A DNA stretch of 64,000 nt from Bacteroidales bacterium (lineage in GTDB: Bacteria > Bacteroidota > Bacteroidia > Bacteroidales > VadinHA17): contig JAGGXD010000186.1 of assembly GCA_021163295.1 (NCBI GenBank), forward strand, positions 5,802-69,801. The letters run 5' to 3'. Positions within the stretch are counted from its first letter, which is position 1; each line of letters begins with the position of its first letter. Shown piece by piece: positions 1 through 10,600 of the stretch. Below the pieces are notes generated by a model. The model did no database searches. It was not told the DNA's origin and saw only the letters and a program-made list of their open reading frames with translations. The translations under genes and the position numbers were made by a program.

Positions 1-338
1 ATAAAATTCATAACAATATGAATAAGCATTGTAGCTCTCCGTGAAATTTCCCTTCCAACAATTACATTATCAGGGTGGTTATACACATCTGTCTTAATAT
101 CAAAATAGTCGTTAATAACATACCCGGCACCGGTAATCAACATAGTAGAAAGCACAAGCAAAGCAAAATAGAATTCATTGAATTGCAGTCCGAAATCCTT
201 AAAATGGATCACTTCCTCATCTGATACTATTGACAACTTGTTTAGCAAAGGATAAATTATGCTCCATCGCATAAGATATTGGGTTACAGCAATTATCAAT
301 AGATTCTGAACTCTGATAAGTTTGAAAAAAGATTTCAT
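1..338 (-). CDS. UbiA-family prenyltransferase, 5' part only (gene runs off the window start)
   Basis: Not in ORF track. Own translation from ATG at 338-336: MKSFFKLIRVQNLLIIAVTQYLMRW...TGAGYVINDYFDIKTDVYNHPD. It has the NDxxDxxxD Asp-rich motif and hydrophobic helices typical of the UbiA superfamily. Confidence 0.6.
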   Translation of the reverse strand, partial: MKSFFKLIRVQNLLIIAVTQYLMRWSIIYPLLNKLSIVSDEEVIHFKDFGLQFNEFYFALLVLSTMLITGAGYVINDYFDIKTDVYNHPDNVIVGREISRRATMLIHIVMNF

Positions 339-373
339 GTGCTTATAAAATAATTTTTAAGGTCAGATGCAGC

Positions 374-907
374 TCACACCCAGTGCTTATTAAGACGAAG
401 CACTTGTTCGATCACATCCCGTACACAACCGTTTCCCCCTGTAAAATTTGAGACATACTTTGATATCTGTTTTACTTCGACAACTGCATCATCAGGGCAT
501 GTTGGAAAACCGACCATTTTCATAACTTCAAGATCAGGCAGGTCATCACCCATATATAAAACATCTGATGCCTCAATCCGGTATTTCTTTAAAAAATCAA
601 TAATATCTAATCTCTTATTTGTTGAACCAAGGTAAATATCATTTACTCCAAGCTTCTGATATCTCTTAAGAACATTCGTTATTTCTCCTCCGGTGATTAT
701 TCCGACAGGATAATTTTTATTTACGGCTCTTTGCATTGCATAACCATCTCTTATGCTTGAAGTACGAATAAGGTTCCCATCTGTATCAAGCAACATTGTT
801 TGCTCTGACAGCACTCCGTCAATATCAAAAACAAATGCTTTTACTCTTCTGAGTTGTTCTTTAAAATTACTCATATGTAAATCATACTTAACTTTATTAT
901 TTATCAT
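374..907 (-). CDS. kdsC: 3-deoxy-D-manno-octulosonate 8-phosphate phosphatase (HAD family, KdsC)
   Basis: 177-aa ORF with HAD motif I FVFDIDGVLS and motif IV GDDLPDLEVM. Colinear by eye with E. coli KdsC. An alternative ATG at 874 gives a more typical N-terminus. Confidence 0.85.
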   Translation of the reverse strand: MINNKVKYDLHMSNFKEQLRRVKAFVFDIDGVLSEQTMLLDTDGNLIRTSSIRDGYAMQRAVNKNYPVGIITGGEITNVLKRYQKLGVNDIYLGSTNKRLDIIDFLKKYRIEASDVLYMGDDLPDLEVMKMVGFPTCPDDAVVEVKQISKYVSNFTGGNGCVRDVIEQVLRLNKHWV

Positions 908-1024
908 TTGCTATTCGAAATTTTAAATTTCTTTCCATATTTCCACTCTTCTATTCTCCCCCTACTCCATCTATTCCATTCTTCCAAAATGTTCAAAGTT
1001 CAAAGTTAGCCGAATTCACGGGAA

Positions 1025-1058
1025 TAAAAAAAGCCCTAAACAGATCAGGGCTTTTTTG
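1025..1058 (-). terminator. Rho-independent terminator downstream of the 1077-1445 gene
   Basis: Stem AGCCCT (1032-1037) / AGGGCT (1047-1052), flanked by an A-run and a T-run. On the minus strand it reads hairpin followed by TTTTTTT. Confidence 0.6.
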
Positions 1059-1076
1059 AATAAGTTATAAACGGCA

Positions 1077-1445
1077 TTAATTATCAAATTCGTCTTTCTT
1101 AATTTCAGTCAACTTCAGCATATAGTTTGCGTAGGCATACGGATTAACCATTTTGTAACAATCATCATAAGCATCACCACTCACAAGCACTGTTTCTCCC
1201 TGCTCAAATGGTGTTAGCAAATGCATTACACTTCCGGCATCACAAATCTCAAAGGTTGAATAGATTTCACCAGGTTGAAATTGTGCATAACCGGTCTCTA
1301 CATTATAAAGTATAGTACCCTTGGTTTCTACAAGGGGAAAACGTACATCTCCATCACAACCACATTTAGGTTGTTTTTTACATCCGGGTTGTAAAGAAAA
1401 AACCAGAATACTAAATAAAAATATGAACTTATAAAACCTACGCAT
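1077..1445 (-). CDS. Hypothetical secreted/lipoprotein, Cys-rich N-terminus
   Basis: 122-aa ORF with ATG start. N-terminal signal peptide MRRFYKFIFLFSILVFSLQPGC followed by a CKKQPKCGCDGD motif. No family recognised. Confidence 0.5.
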   Translation of the reverse strand: MRRFYKFIFLFSILVFSLQPGCKKQPKCGCDGDVRFPLVETKGTILYNVETGYAQFQPGEIYSTFEICDAGSVMHLLTPFEQGETVLVSGDAYDDCYKMVNPYAYANYMLKLTEIKKDEFDN

Positions 1446-1474
1446 TGTATAAGTTATTCACTTTGAATGAATAT

Positions 1475-3280
1475 CTAAAAATTATATTTATTATCATCAA
1501 TCAGTTTATCTGCAATTCTTCTCCTGGCTTCTTTGGTATTCACACCACTTACTAAAGTGTAATAATTTGTTCCTTTAACCAGCATGTCTTTTATCTCCCC
1601 TTCAGCAAATGAATAAATTGCATCTTTTGCAAATTTACTAATTCTTCCTGAAGCATCGTAAATAAAAACGTCGATAATATCTTTATACACTTTTATTTGC
1701 TCTGCATCCTTAATATTCTCAAGTTTCTCGACACGGAGCAATGATGATTCAGAAACATAAAGAAGTATAATAATATCTGCAATATTATTCAGTATCTCCT
1801 GCTCGTACATCAGTTTCCGCTGGAATTTCTCAGAAGTTGCATGAATAAGAAACAGGGCAATTTTCCTGAAGTTTCCAATAATTCGTTTCTTTTCAGCATA
1901 AAAATCATCTTCAAGTTCAGGAGTGCCGGATAAACTTACCAGGTTTTTATATGCTTTTTCAGCTTCACCGAACAGGTCAAAATAACCTTTAGCACCTCTC
2001 TTCAAAACAGTATCAACAACCAGTATTTTATTTATCTCGTTCGTACCCTCAAATATCCTGTTTATTCGTGAGTCACGATATCCCCTGTCAACATCCAATT
2101 CAGCCGAATAACCCATCCCGCCATGTATCTGTACATTTTCATCAACTATATAATCAAGCGCTTCAGAACCAGCCACTTTAAGAATAGCTGCTTCAACAGC
2201 AAGTTGTGCATAAGCATCAATAGTAGCTTTTTCTTTAATCATCACTTCAAGGCTTTGCTCCACATATTGATCAACATTATAACTAGCTCTGTAAACAGCC
2301 GACTCAGTAGTAAAATTTTTGATGACCTGCTCTGCCAGTTTATGCTTAATTGACCCGAAAGAACCAATTAGCATTTTGAATTGTTTTCTTTCATTGGCAT
2401 ACTGAACTGATTGATTAATAGCATGTTTTGCAGCTCCCAGGACGTTCCCCCCAAGCTTTATCCGTCCCATATGAAGTATATTCAGTGCAATTCTGAATCC
2501 TTGTCCCCGATTTCCAAGAAGGTTTTCTACCGGCACTTTACAGTCATTAAAAAATAGTTGACGTGTTGATGAGCCTTTAATACCCATTTTTTTCTCTTCA
2601 GGATTAAATACGATACCCGGGAAATTACGTTCAACAATAAAAGCACTAAGCACACGGTCATTATCAATTTTTGCAAACACAGTAATAACATCAGCAAATC
2701 CCGAATTTGTTATCCACATTTTTTGTCCGTTCAGCAGGTAATGTTTACCATCATCTGACAATACTGCATTAGTTTTACCGGCATTTGCATCCGAACCGGC
2801 ATTAGGTTCAGTAAGAGCATAGGCTCCTTTCCATTCACCGGAAGCAAGCTTTGGAATATATTTTCCCTTTTGCTCGTCATTACCATAATATAAAATCGGC
2901 AATGTACCGATACCTGTATGGCATGAATAAGCAACGGCAAATGAATAAGCTGCACCCATTACATCACCTGCAAGCATCGAGGTTACAAAAGACTGCTCAA
3001 ACCCGTCATATTTTTCAGGAAGAGAGATGCCAAGAAGACCCAGTTCTCCTGCTTTTGTAAGGATTTCAGGCATCAATCCATCTTCCTGCTGATCAATCCT
3101 GTCAAGATTTGGAAAAACTTCAGTCTCCAGAAAATCACGGCAAGTTTGCGCAATCATATTTTGCTCTTCGTCAAACTCTTCAGGTATAAAAATATCCTTT
3201 GCTTCTGTTTCCTTAACAATAAATTCACCGCCTGTTATTTGTTTGCTTTTTTCCATAATTATTTTTTTCGGGTTTTGCAA
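1475..3280 (-). CDS. Acyl-CoA dehydrogenase (long, ~600 aa type)
   Basis: ACAD hallmarks: YALTEPNAGSD, GQKMWITN, IHGGMGY and EGTNEI, plus a C-terminal extension domain. The track start at 3280 is TTG. The ATG at 3256 (MEKSKQITGGEF) is the more likely start. Confidence 0.85.
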   Translation of the reverse strand: MQNPKKIIMEKSKQITGGEFIVKETEAKDIFIPEEFDEEQNMIAQTCRDFLETEVFPNLDRIDQQEDGLMPEILTKAGELGLLGISLPEKYDGFEQSFVTSMLAGDVMGAAYSFAVAYSCHTGIGTLPILYYGNDEQKGKYIPKLASGEWKGAYALTEPNAGSDANAGKTNAVLSDDGKHYLLNGQKMWITNSGFADVITVFAKIDNDRVLSAFIVERNFPGIVFNPEEKKMGIKGSSTRQLFFNDCKVPVENLLGNRGQGFRIALNILHMGRIKLGGNVLGAAKHAINQSVQYANERKQFKMLIGSFGSIKHKLAEQVIKNFTTESAVYRASYNVDQYVEQSLEVMIKEKATIDAYAQLAVEAAILKVAGSEALDYIVDENVQIHGGMGYSAELDVDRGYRDSRINRIFEGTNEINKILVVDTVLKRGAKGYFDLFGEAEKAYKNLVSLSGTPELEDDFYAEKKRIIGNFRKIALFLIHATSEKFQRKLMYEQEILNNIADIIILLYVSESSLLRVEKLENIKDAEQIKVYKDIIDVFIYDASGRISKFAKDAIYSFAEGEIKDMLVKGTNYYTLVSGVNTKEARRRIADKLIDDNKYNF

Positions 3281-3295
3281 ATTTTGTATTAAAGT

Positions 3296-5401
3296 TCAAA
3301 TTTCTAATGACAAAGATACAATTTCGGCAATATCATAGTTCTTCACATCCTCTACCTTATCTTTATATTTAATTCCATCAGTGATCATAGCCATACAGTA
3401 CGGGCAAGCTGTTACGATAATATCAGCTCCGGTTTCAAGTGCTTCTTCAGTTCTTTCAATAAATATTTCTTTATCCCCTTTCTCAGCTTCTTTAAACATC
3501 TGCCCTCCACCTGCTCCGCAGCAAAGAGCATTACTTTTATTCCTCTTCATTTCTTTCTTTTCTGATGGAATAAAATTAAGTACTCGACGTGGTGCATCAT
3601 ATTCACCATTTGCCCTACCCAGATAACAAGGATCATGATAAGTAATTATTTTTTTGTTAAAGATTAAAGATTTAACCTTTAAATTCCCTGCTTCAATCTG
3701 GTCTTTTAAAAACTGTGTATGGTGAATCACCTGGTAATTTCCATCATATTGAGGATATTCGTTTTTAAAGGTATTAAATGCATGAGGATCGCAAGTTAGA
3801 ATTTTTTTTACCTCATACCCGTTCAGCAATTCAATATTCATCATTGCCTGCATCTGGAAAAGCATTTCATTACCAGCCCTTCTGGCAACATCTCCTGTTG
3901 AAGATTCTTCAGTACCCAGAACTGCATAACTTACACCTAAATGGGTAAGTATTTTCACAAAAGCTTTAACAACGTTTTTATACCGGTCGTCAAAAGCACC
4001 GGAACTCCCAACCCAAAAAAGATATTCCGGCTTCTCATTTTTCGCAAAAAGATCGGCCATTACAGGAACATCTATTTTTTGTTTTTCCATAAATTCCTTA
4101 GCCCATTCCATCCTATCCTCCTGTGAAAACTGCCAGGGAGCACCATTATTTTCAATATTTGAAAATGTATTATTTAGCGGTCCGGGGGCAGCAGACTCTT
4201 CCAGAACAAGGTATCTTCTCATTTCTAAAATAATAGCAAGAGGGTCAATATTTACAGGGCATTCATAAGTACACGCGTTACAGGTTGTACAAGCCCATAA
4301 TTCCTCTGCCGAAATGAAATCAAATAATGACCTGGTATTTTTTTTGTCATCTTTTCCCGAGCTCTTTTTATTAAACAGTTTATCAGCAACTTCTTCCAGA
4401 TTGTCACGTGTATCCATAACAATTTTTCGCGGTGACAGTTTTTTACCGGTAATATTTGCCGGGCAACTGGATGTACATCTTCCACATTCCGTACATGAAT
4501 AAGCATCCATTAAATGCTTCCATGTCAGATCCCTGACAGTTTTTGCGCCAAATGTCACCACTTCATTATCATCATCCTGGTCGGAATAATTTTCTTCCAG
4601 CATAAATTTAACTTCTTTAGTAATAGATGGCATATTTACCATTTCCCCGGCAGGACGGAGTTTTGAATAATAGACATTTGGGAAAGAAAGGAAAACATGA
4701 AAATGCTTTGAATACGGAATATAATTAAGAAACACAAGGACACCAACAATGTGAAACCACCAGCAGAATCTTTCAATAATAATTAAAGAGGAAGAGGGTA
4801 AACCTGAGAATATGGGTTGAATAATACCGCTAATAATAAAAGAACCCACTTGTGTATAATGCGCATCAGGTCTCGTCTGCAATATACCGTCAGTTGCATT
4901 CATTATAAGTATAGCACTCATAAGCAAAAGCTCAGTAATCAAAATAATGTTAGCATCCGAACGAGGCCATTTTGTCATTTCCTTGCTCCAGAACCTGTTT
5001 ACTTTTATTAAATTTCTCCTCACAAGAAATACCATACAACCAAGCATCACTGTCAGGGTAATGATTTCAAATATGGAAAGCATAATGCCATATGCCTTCC
5101 CATAGAATGAAAACAGTCGATGTGATCCGGAAATCCCATCAATAAGAATCTCGAACATTTCCATATTTACAATAATAAAGCCCACATAAACAAAAATATG
5201 CATCAGAGCTGCAACAGGCCGTTGAAGCATTTTTTTCTGACCAATTGCAATAAACAGGACTCTTCTCCACCTTAGAGGCTTATTATCAGTTATTTCAATG
5301 TCTTTACCAAGGTTTATACTCCGTCTGATTTTTCTAACTTTTCGATAGAAAATTATTGTGGCTCCTGAAAGGATTAGGATAAAAATGATGCTGGTGAACA
5401 T
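3296..5401 (-). CDS. Membrane-bound Fe-S oxidoreductase (polytopic N-domain + 2x[4Fe-4S] + two CCG Cys-rich domains), putative EtfAB:quinone oxidoreductase
   Basis: 701 aa with about 6 hydrophobic helices in the first 240 aa. Ferredoxin motifs CTECGRCTSSCP and CTTCNACTYECP. CCG-type motifs DPCYLGR, LCCGAGGG and ACPYCM. Sits between etfA and the acyl-CoA dehydrogenase. Confidence 0.75.
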   Translation of the reverse strand: MFTSIIFILILSGATIIFYRKVRKIRRSINLGKDIEITDNKPLRWRRVLFIAIGQKKMLQRPVAALMHIFVYVGFIIVNMEMFEILIDGISGSHRLFSFYGKAYGIMLSIFEIITLTVMLGCMVFLVRRNLIKVNRFWSKEMTKWPRSDANIILITELLLMSAILIMNATDGILQTRPDAHYTQVGSFIISGIIQPIFSGLPSSSLIIIERFCWWFHIVGVLVFLNYIPYSKHFHVFLSFPNVYYSKLRPAGEMVNMPSITKEVKFMLEENYSDQDDDNEVVTFGAKTVRDLTWKHLMDAYSCTECGRCTSSCPANITGKKLSPRKIVMDTRDNLEEVADKLFNKKSSGKDDKKNTRSLFDFISAEELWACTTCNACTYECPVNIDPLAIILEMRRYLVLEESAAPGPLNNTFSNIENNGAPWQFSQEDRMEWAKEFMEKQKIDVPVMADLFAKNEKPEYLFWVGSSGAFDDRYKNVVKAFVKILTHLGVSYAVLGTEESSTGDVARRAGNEMLFQMQAMMNIELLNGYEVKKILTCDPHAFNTFKNEYPQYDGNYQVIHHTQFLKDQIEAGNLKVKSLIFNKKIITYHDPCYLGRANGEYDAPRRVLNFIPSEKKEMKRNKSNALCCGAGGGQMFKEAEKGDKEIFIERTEEALETGADIIVTACPYCMAMITDGIKYKDKVEDVKNYDIAEIVSLSLEI

Positions 5402-5411
5402 GGAAAGGATA

Positions 5412-6380
5412 TTAAAGCTTACTCTCTTTTACTATTGATATTAATTCAGGCAAAATTTTATGTACATCACCTACAATTCCATAATCTGCTGCCTCGAAAA
5501 TGGGTGCATCAGGATCAGTATTAATAGCAACCAGGTACTTTGCAGAACTTATACCTGCAAGATGCTGGATTGCCCCTGAAATACCGGCAGCAATATAAAG
5601 ATTAGGCGCAATTATCTTACCTGTTTGTCCTGTATGTTCTTCATGTGGTCTCCATCCTTCATCAGAAACCGGTCGTGAGCAAGCGGTAGCTGCTCCAAGA
5701 AGTTCTGCGAGTTCCTCTATCGGTCCCCAGTTATCAGGCGATTTCATTCCCCTGCCACCTGAAACAACAATTTCCGCATCAGTCAGGAGAAGTTTTCCTG
5801 TCTCTTTATCCGTACTGGTAACTTTGGTTTTAATATCACTTTCCTGAATATCGGTTAAATACTCTTCAATAGTTGCATTATTATCTGAACTGATCAGCTT
5901 AAACGAATTTTGCGACAAGGTAAGTACTTTAATATCAGAATTAAGTTCCATAGTAACAAAAGCTTTCCCCGTAAACACCTTTTTATGTACTGTAAAGAGA
6001 TCAGCTACGGATGGTAAGTCAATTAACCCTGAACCCAGGGCAGCTTTCAACTTAACAGATAACCGGGGTGCAAGTGCTTTGCCTGTATTGTTATGAGAAA
6101 ACAAAATAACTTTGGCATTTTCTTTTTGGGCAACTTCCGAAATCACTTTTGTATACATCTGGTTATCCAGTGTTTTCAGGTACTCGTTTGTTACACTCAG
6201 AATTTTATCAGCACCATAATCACCTAATTTTTTAAGCTCATCTTCAGCAACTTCACCAATAGAAAGAGCAACAACAGGTACATTAAGCTTCTCAGCCACT
6301 TTCTGTGCATATGAAACCAATTCAAAAGACAATTTTTTAAATTTCCCGTCCCAGTTTTCTGTAAATACTAATACTGCCAT
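5412..6380 (-). CDS. etfA: Electron transfer flavoprotein alpha subunit
   Basis: 322 aa. C-terminal FAD-binding region VVSGGRG...PNLYIAAGISGAIQHLAG...IVAINTDPDAPIF is typical of EtfA. Confidence 0.9.
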   Translation of the reverse strand: MAVLVFTENWDGKFKKLSFELVSYAQKVAEKLNVPVVALSIGEVAEDELKKLGDYGADKILSVTNEYLKTLDNQMYTKVISEVAQKENAKVILFSHNNTGKALAPRLSVKLKAALGSGLIDLPSVADLFTVHKKVFTGKAFVTMELNSDIKVLTLSQNSFKLISSDNNATIEEYLTDIQESDIKTKVTSTDKETGKLLLTDAEIVVSGGRGMKSPDNWGPIEELAELLGAATACSRPVSDEGWRPHEEHTGQTGKIIAPNLYIAAGISGAIQHLAGISSAKYLVAINTDPDAPIFEAADYGIVGDVHKILPELISIVKESKL

Positions 6381-6452
6381 GATTTTTTTTATTGTTCAAT
6401 TTATTATTATCAATTTCTTCTGGTTAAATAATTATCAAACTGAAATACCTAC

Positions 6453-6546
6453 GGAATGTTGGAATATTGGAATGATGGAATATTGAATAAATAATTCAAA
6501 TATTCCTTTTTCATTTTTCCATTATTCCAGTCTTCCATTATTCCAG
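6453..6546. repeat. Inverted array of 8-nt words (GGAATNNN x4-5 / NNNATTCC x4-5) splitting etfB and etfA
   Basis: Left arm: GGAATGTT GGAATATT GGAATGAT GGAATATT GAATAAAT (6453-6492). Right arm: AATATTCC...ATTATTCC AGTCTTCC ATTATTCC (6499-6544). Central hairpin: GGAATATTGAAT (6477-6488) / ATTCAAATATTCC (6494-6506). Confidence 0.8.
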
Positions 6547-6549
6547 TTA

Positions 6550-7305
6550 TTATAACACCTTAGCTTCATTCTGTAAAAGGTCAAACAGTTCCTTTACATT
6601 TTCAGGATTAACTATTTTACATGGTGGTTTAGGTTGAGGGAGTTCAAAACTTTTATGACTTGTTAACACTTCAGTATCCGGGACTTCCACCACATTCAAA
6701 GGTTTCTTTCTAGCCATCATAATTCCACGCATAGCAGGAATCCTTGGTTCAATAGAAATTCCTTTCTGGACAATTGCAACAAATGGTGTATCAATGCTTA
6801 TAATTTCTTTTCCTCCATCAATAGTCCGTGATACAGACACTTTTTCCCCTTTTACTTCAATACCTGAAACTGAAGAAACAGAAGGCAGATTAAGAAACTC
6901 TGATAACATCCCACCAACAGCAGATCCGTTATAATCACATGATTCAATACCACACATTACAAAACCAATATCTTCATTTTTCAGCACACCCGCCAGCTTA
7001 GCAGCTACATCATATGCATCAGTTGGTTCAGCATTAATACGTATAGCATCATCCGCACCAATTGCCAGCGCTTTTCTTATTGTAGGTTCAGCACTTTTTG
7101 TTCCAACTGTAATAACGGTAACTTTTTCCACTGAGGAGCCCGAATCCTCTTTTAGTTCCATAGCCCTTGTCAGAGCGAGCTCATCCCATGGATTAATTAC
7201 CCACTGTACGCCGGTATTATCAAAAACAGAATTATTTTCTGTAAACTTAACTTTTGTGGTTGTATCAGGTACGTTCCCGAGGCAAACGAATACTCTCATA
7301 CTCAT
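6550..7305 (-). CDS. etfB: Electron transfer flavoprotein beta subunit
   Basis: 251 aa. N-terminus VCLGNVPDTTTKVKF and INPWDELALTRAMELKE are typical of EtfB. The start could be M1 or M3. Confidence 0.9.
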   Translation of the reverse strand: MSMRVFVCLGNVPDTTTKVKFTENNSVFDNTGVQWVINPWDELALTRAMELKEDSGSSVEKVTVITVGTKSAEPTIRKALAIGADDAIRINAEPTDAYDVAAKLAGVLKNEDIGFVMCGIESCDYNGSAVGGMLSEFLNLPSVSSVSGIEVKGEKVSVSRTIDGGKEIISIDTPFVAIVQKGISIEPRIPAMRGIMMARKKPLNVVEVPDTEVLTSHKSFELPQPKPPCKIVNPENVKELFDLLQNEAKVL

Positions 7306-7351
7306 TATTTTTAATTAATTACGTTATTTTTTTGATGAATTATTTTTATTG

Positions 7352-7678
7352 TCACGCTTGTGCAGTCGGACCGCCAAAATTCATCGGCATAGCAGGTCCA
7401 CCGGGACCTCTATCTTTAATTTTACCATATACAGTTTCATGCTTTTTAATATTATCTTCAAGAGCTCTCAACAATCTTTTTGCATGTTCAGGAGTAAGAA
7501 TAACTCTGGATTTCACCTGTGCCTTAGGTACACCTGGCATAATCCTGACAAAGTCTAATACAAATTCAGCTGATGAGTGCGTAATAACCGCAAGGTTTGA
7601 ATAAGTTCCCTGGGCCACTTCATCGTTAAGTTCTATATCCAGTTGATTCTTCCCGGATTTGCCTTTTTGGTCTTCCAT
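7352..7678 (-). CDS. DUF3467-family protein
   Basis: 108 aa. The core YSNLAVITHSSAEFVLDFVRIMPG...VKSRVILTPEHAKRLLRAL matches my memory of DUF3467, which commonly follows rpoC in Bacteroidota. Confidence 0.65.
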   Translation of the reverse strand: MEDQKGKSGKNQLDIELNDEVAQGTYSNLAVITHSSAEFVLDFVRIMPGVPKAQVKSRVILTPEHAKRLLRALEDNIKKHETVYGKIKDRGPGGPAMPMNFGGPTAQA

Positions 7679-7699
7679 AGTAAAAAGAATTTATAATTA

Positions 7700-10600
7700 T
7701 TACTCCTTATTATCTTCTCCTTTAACTACATCCCCTTTTTCATCTACATCTTTCCCCTTTTCTTTAGCAGACACTAATTTTTCATATTCTTCCATTGACC
7801 CCACAACAATCTTGTCATAATTTCTTGCACCTGTTCCGGCAGGGATCAGGTGTCCGACAATAACATTTTCTTTCAGACCTTCGAGGTTATCCACTCGTCC
7901 AAACACAGCAGCTTCGTTTAGAACTTTTGTTGTTTCCTGGAATGAAGCAGCCGACATAAAACTTTTTGTTTGAAGTGCAGCTTTTGTAATTCCTTGCAAC
8001 ACCTGGTTTGATGTTGCAGGAATAGCATTACGTGCTTCAATAAGTTTTAAATCTTTTCGTTTAAGAATAGAATTTTCATCTCTGAGTTTCCTTGCAGTAA
8101 TTATCTGTCCATTCTTAAATATCTGTGAATCTCCCACTTCAATAATAATCATTTTATCATAGATCCAGTCGTTCTCATTCATGAATCCCAATTTGTCAAC
8201 TACTTGTTTTTCAAGGAATTTAGTATCTCCGGGATCAATAATTTCAACTTTACGCATCATCTGACGAACGATAATTTCAAAATGTTTATCATTAATTTTC
8301 ACACCCTGTAGCCGGTAAACTTCCTGAACCTCGTTAACAATATATTCCTGTACTTTTGTCGGTCCTTTAATAGCAAGAATATCCAGTGGGGTAATAGCCC
8401 CGTCAGACATTGGCATTCCTGCCCGTACATAATCGTTTTCCTGAACGAGTATTTGTTTTGATAATGGAACCAGATATTTTTTCACTTCACCTGTTCGTGA
8501 TGTAACAATAATTTCACGATTCCCGCGCTTGATTTTACCAAACTGAATCTCTCCGTCTATTTCAGATACAACAGCAGGGTTTGATGGGTTTCTTGCTTCG
8601 AACAGTTCAGTAACCCTTGGCAGGCCACCTGTAATATCGCCCGATTTCCCAATAGCTCTGGGTATTTTCGCCAATATATCTCCCTCTTTTACTTTACTAT
8701 CTTCACTGGCAATTACATGAGCACTAACGGGAAGGTTATAGGATTTTGATGGGGTTTCCTTTTTATTCCCTGACACAATCCTGAGAGTAGGATTCTTCGT
8801 TTTATCTCTTGTTTCAATAATCACTTTCTCCTTGTAACCTGTTTGTTCATCAGACTCTTCCCGATAAGTAACACCTTCAATTAATTGTTGAAAATTTACT
8901 TTACCATGCTCTTCAGAGATTATCAATGCATTATAAGGATCCCAATCACAAAGCAAGTCCCCTTTCTTTATACGGTTACCATTCTTTATATAAAGGTTTG
9001 AGCCATAAGGTATATTATGAGTTGACAGTGCAATACCGGTTTCCTTATCCAGTATCCGCATTTCTGCCAGACGTCCAATAACTACATCAACTTTTTTACC
9101 ATCCTCCATTTTCTTCTCTACAGTACGCAATTCTTCAATCTCAACGACTCCGTCAAATTTAGAAGTGATACTGGATTCAGCAGTAATGCTTGAAGCAGTA
9201 CCACCAACGTGGAAAGTTCGCAGTGTAAGCTGTGTTCCCGGTTCTCCAATAGACTGGGCAGCAATTACACCAACTGCTTCACCTCGTTGCACCATTTGTC
9301 CGGTAGAGAGGTTTCTTCCGTAACATTTTGCACAGACTCCTCTACTTGATTCACATGTAAGAACAGAACGAATTTCTACTTCTTCGATTGGTGATTCCTC
9401 AATTTTACGGGCAATCTCTTCAGTAATTTCTTCTCCAGAAGCAATTATCAATTCATTATTTAACGGATTGTAAACGTCATGTACAGTAGTACGGCCCAGG
9501 ATTCTTTCATAAAGTGTTTCAACAACTTCTTCATTCTTTTTAATTGCACTTGCAACAAGACCTCTCAATGATCCACAGTCAAGCTGTGAAACAACAACAT
9601 CTTGTGATACATCAACAAGGCGTCTTGTCAGGTAACCTGCATCAGCAGTTTTCAAGGCAGTATCCGCCAAACCTTTTCTGGCACCATGAGTTGAAATAAA
9701 ATATTCCAGAACGGAAAGTCCCTCTTTAAAATTAGACAAGATCGGGTTTTCAATAATTTCCGAAGCAGTAGCACCTGATTTTTGTGGTTTAGCCATTAGG
9801 CCCCTCATCCCGGAAAGCTGTCTTATCTGTTCTTTTGAACCACGTGCCCCTGAGTCAAGCATCATATACACAGGATTAAATCCCTGCTTATCAGAAGATA
9901 ATTGTTTCATCAGGGTTTGGGTAAGCTTGGCATTTGTGTGTGTCCAGATATCAATTATCTGGTTGTAACGTTCATTGTTAGTAATAAATCCCATGTTATA
10001 GTTACTCATCACCTCATCTACGTTATCATAACCTTCTTTCACAAGTTCAAGTTTCCGTTCCGGAACGATTACATCTTTAAGATTAAATGAAAGCCCGCCA
10101 CGAAAAGCCATATTAAATCCAAGAGATTTGATATCATCAAGGAAATTCGCAGTAGTTGAAGTTCCGGATTTTTTCAATACTGTACCAATAATTTCTCTAA
10201 GTGATTTCTTAGTCAGAAGTTCATTGATAAAACCAACTTCTTTAGGAACATACTTGTTAAAAACAACTCGCCCTACAGTGGTCTCAATAAGATGATTAAC
10301 CGGTTTCCCATCAACTATATCATCAACTTTAACCTTAATAATAGCATGAAGATCAATTTTATTCTCATTCAGAGCAATAGTAACCTCTTCCTGAGAATAA
10401 AAAACCAAACCTTCCCCCCTGATTTTCAAGGATTTTGTTGATTTTTTTGCTTTGGTAATATAATATAATCCAAGAACCATATCCTGTGAAGGAACTGCAA
10501 TTGGAGCACCATTAGCCGGGTTAAGTATATTATGTGATGCAAGCATCAGCATTTGAGCTTCAAGAATAGCAGAATTACCAAGAGGCAGATGAACTGCCAT

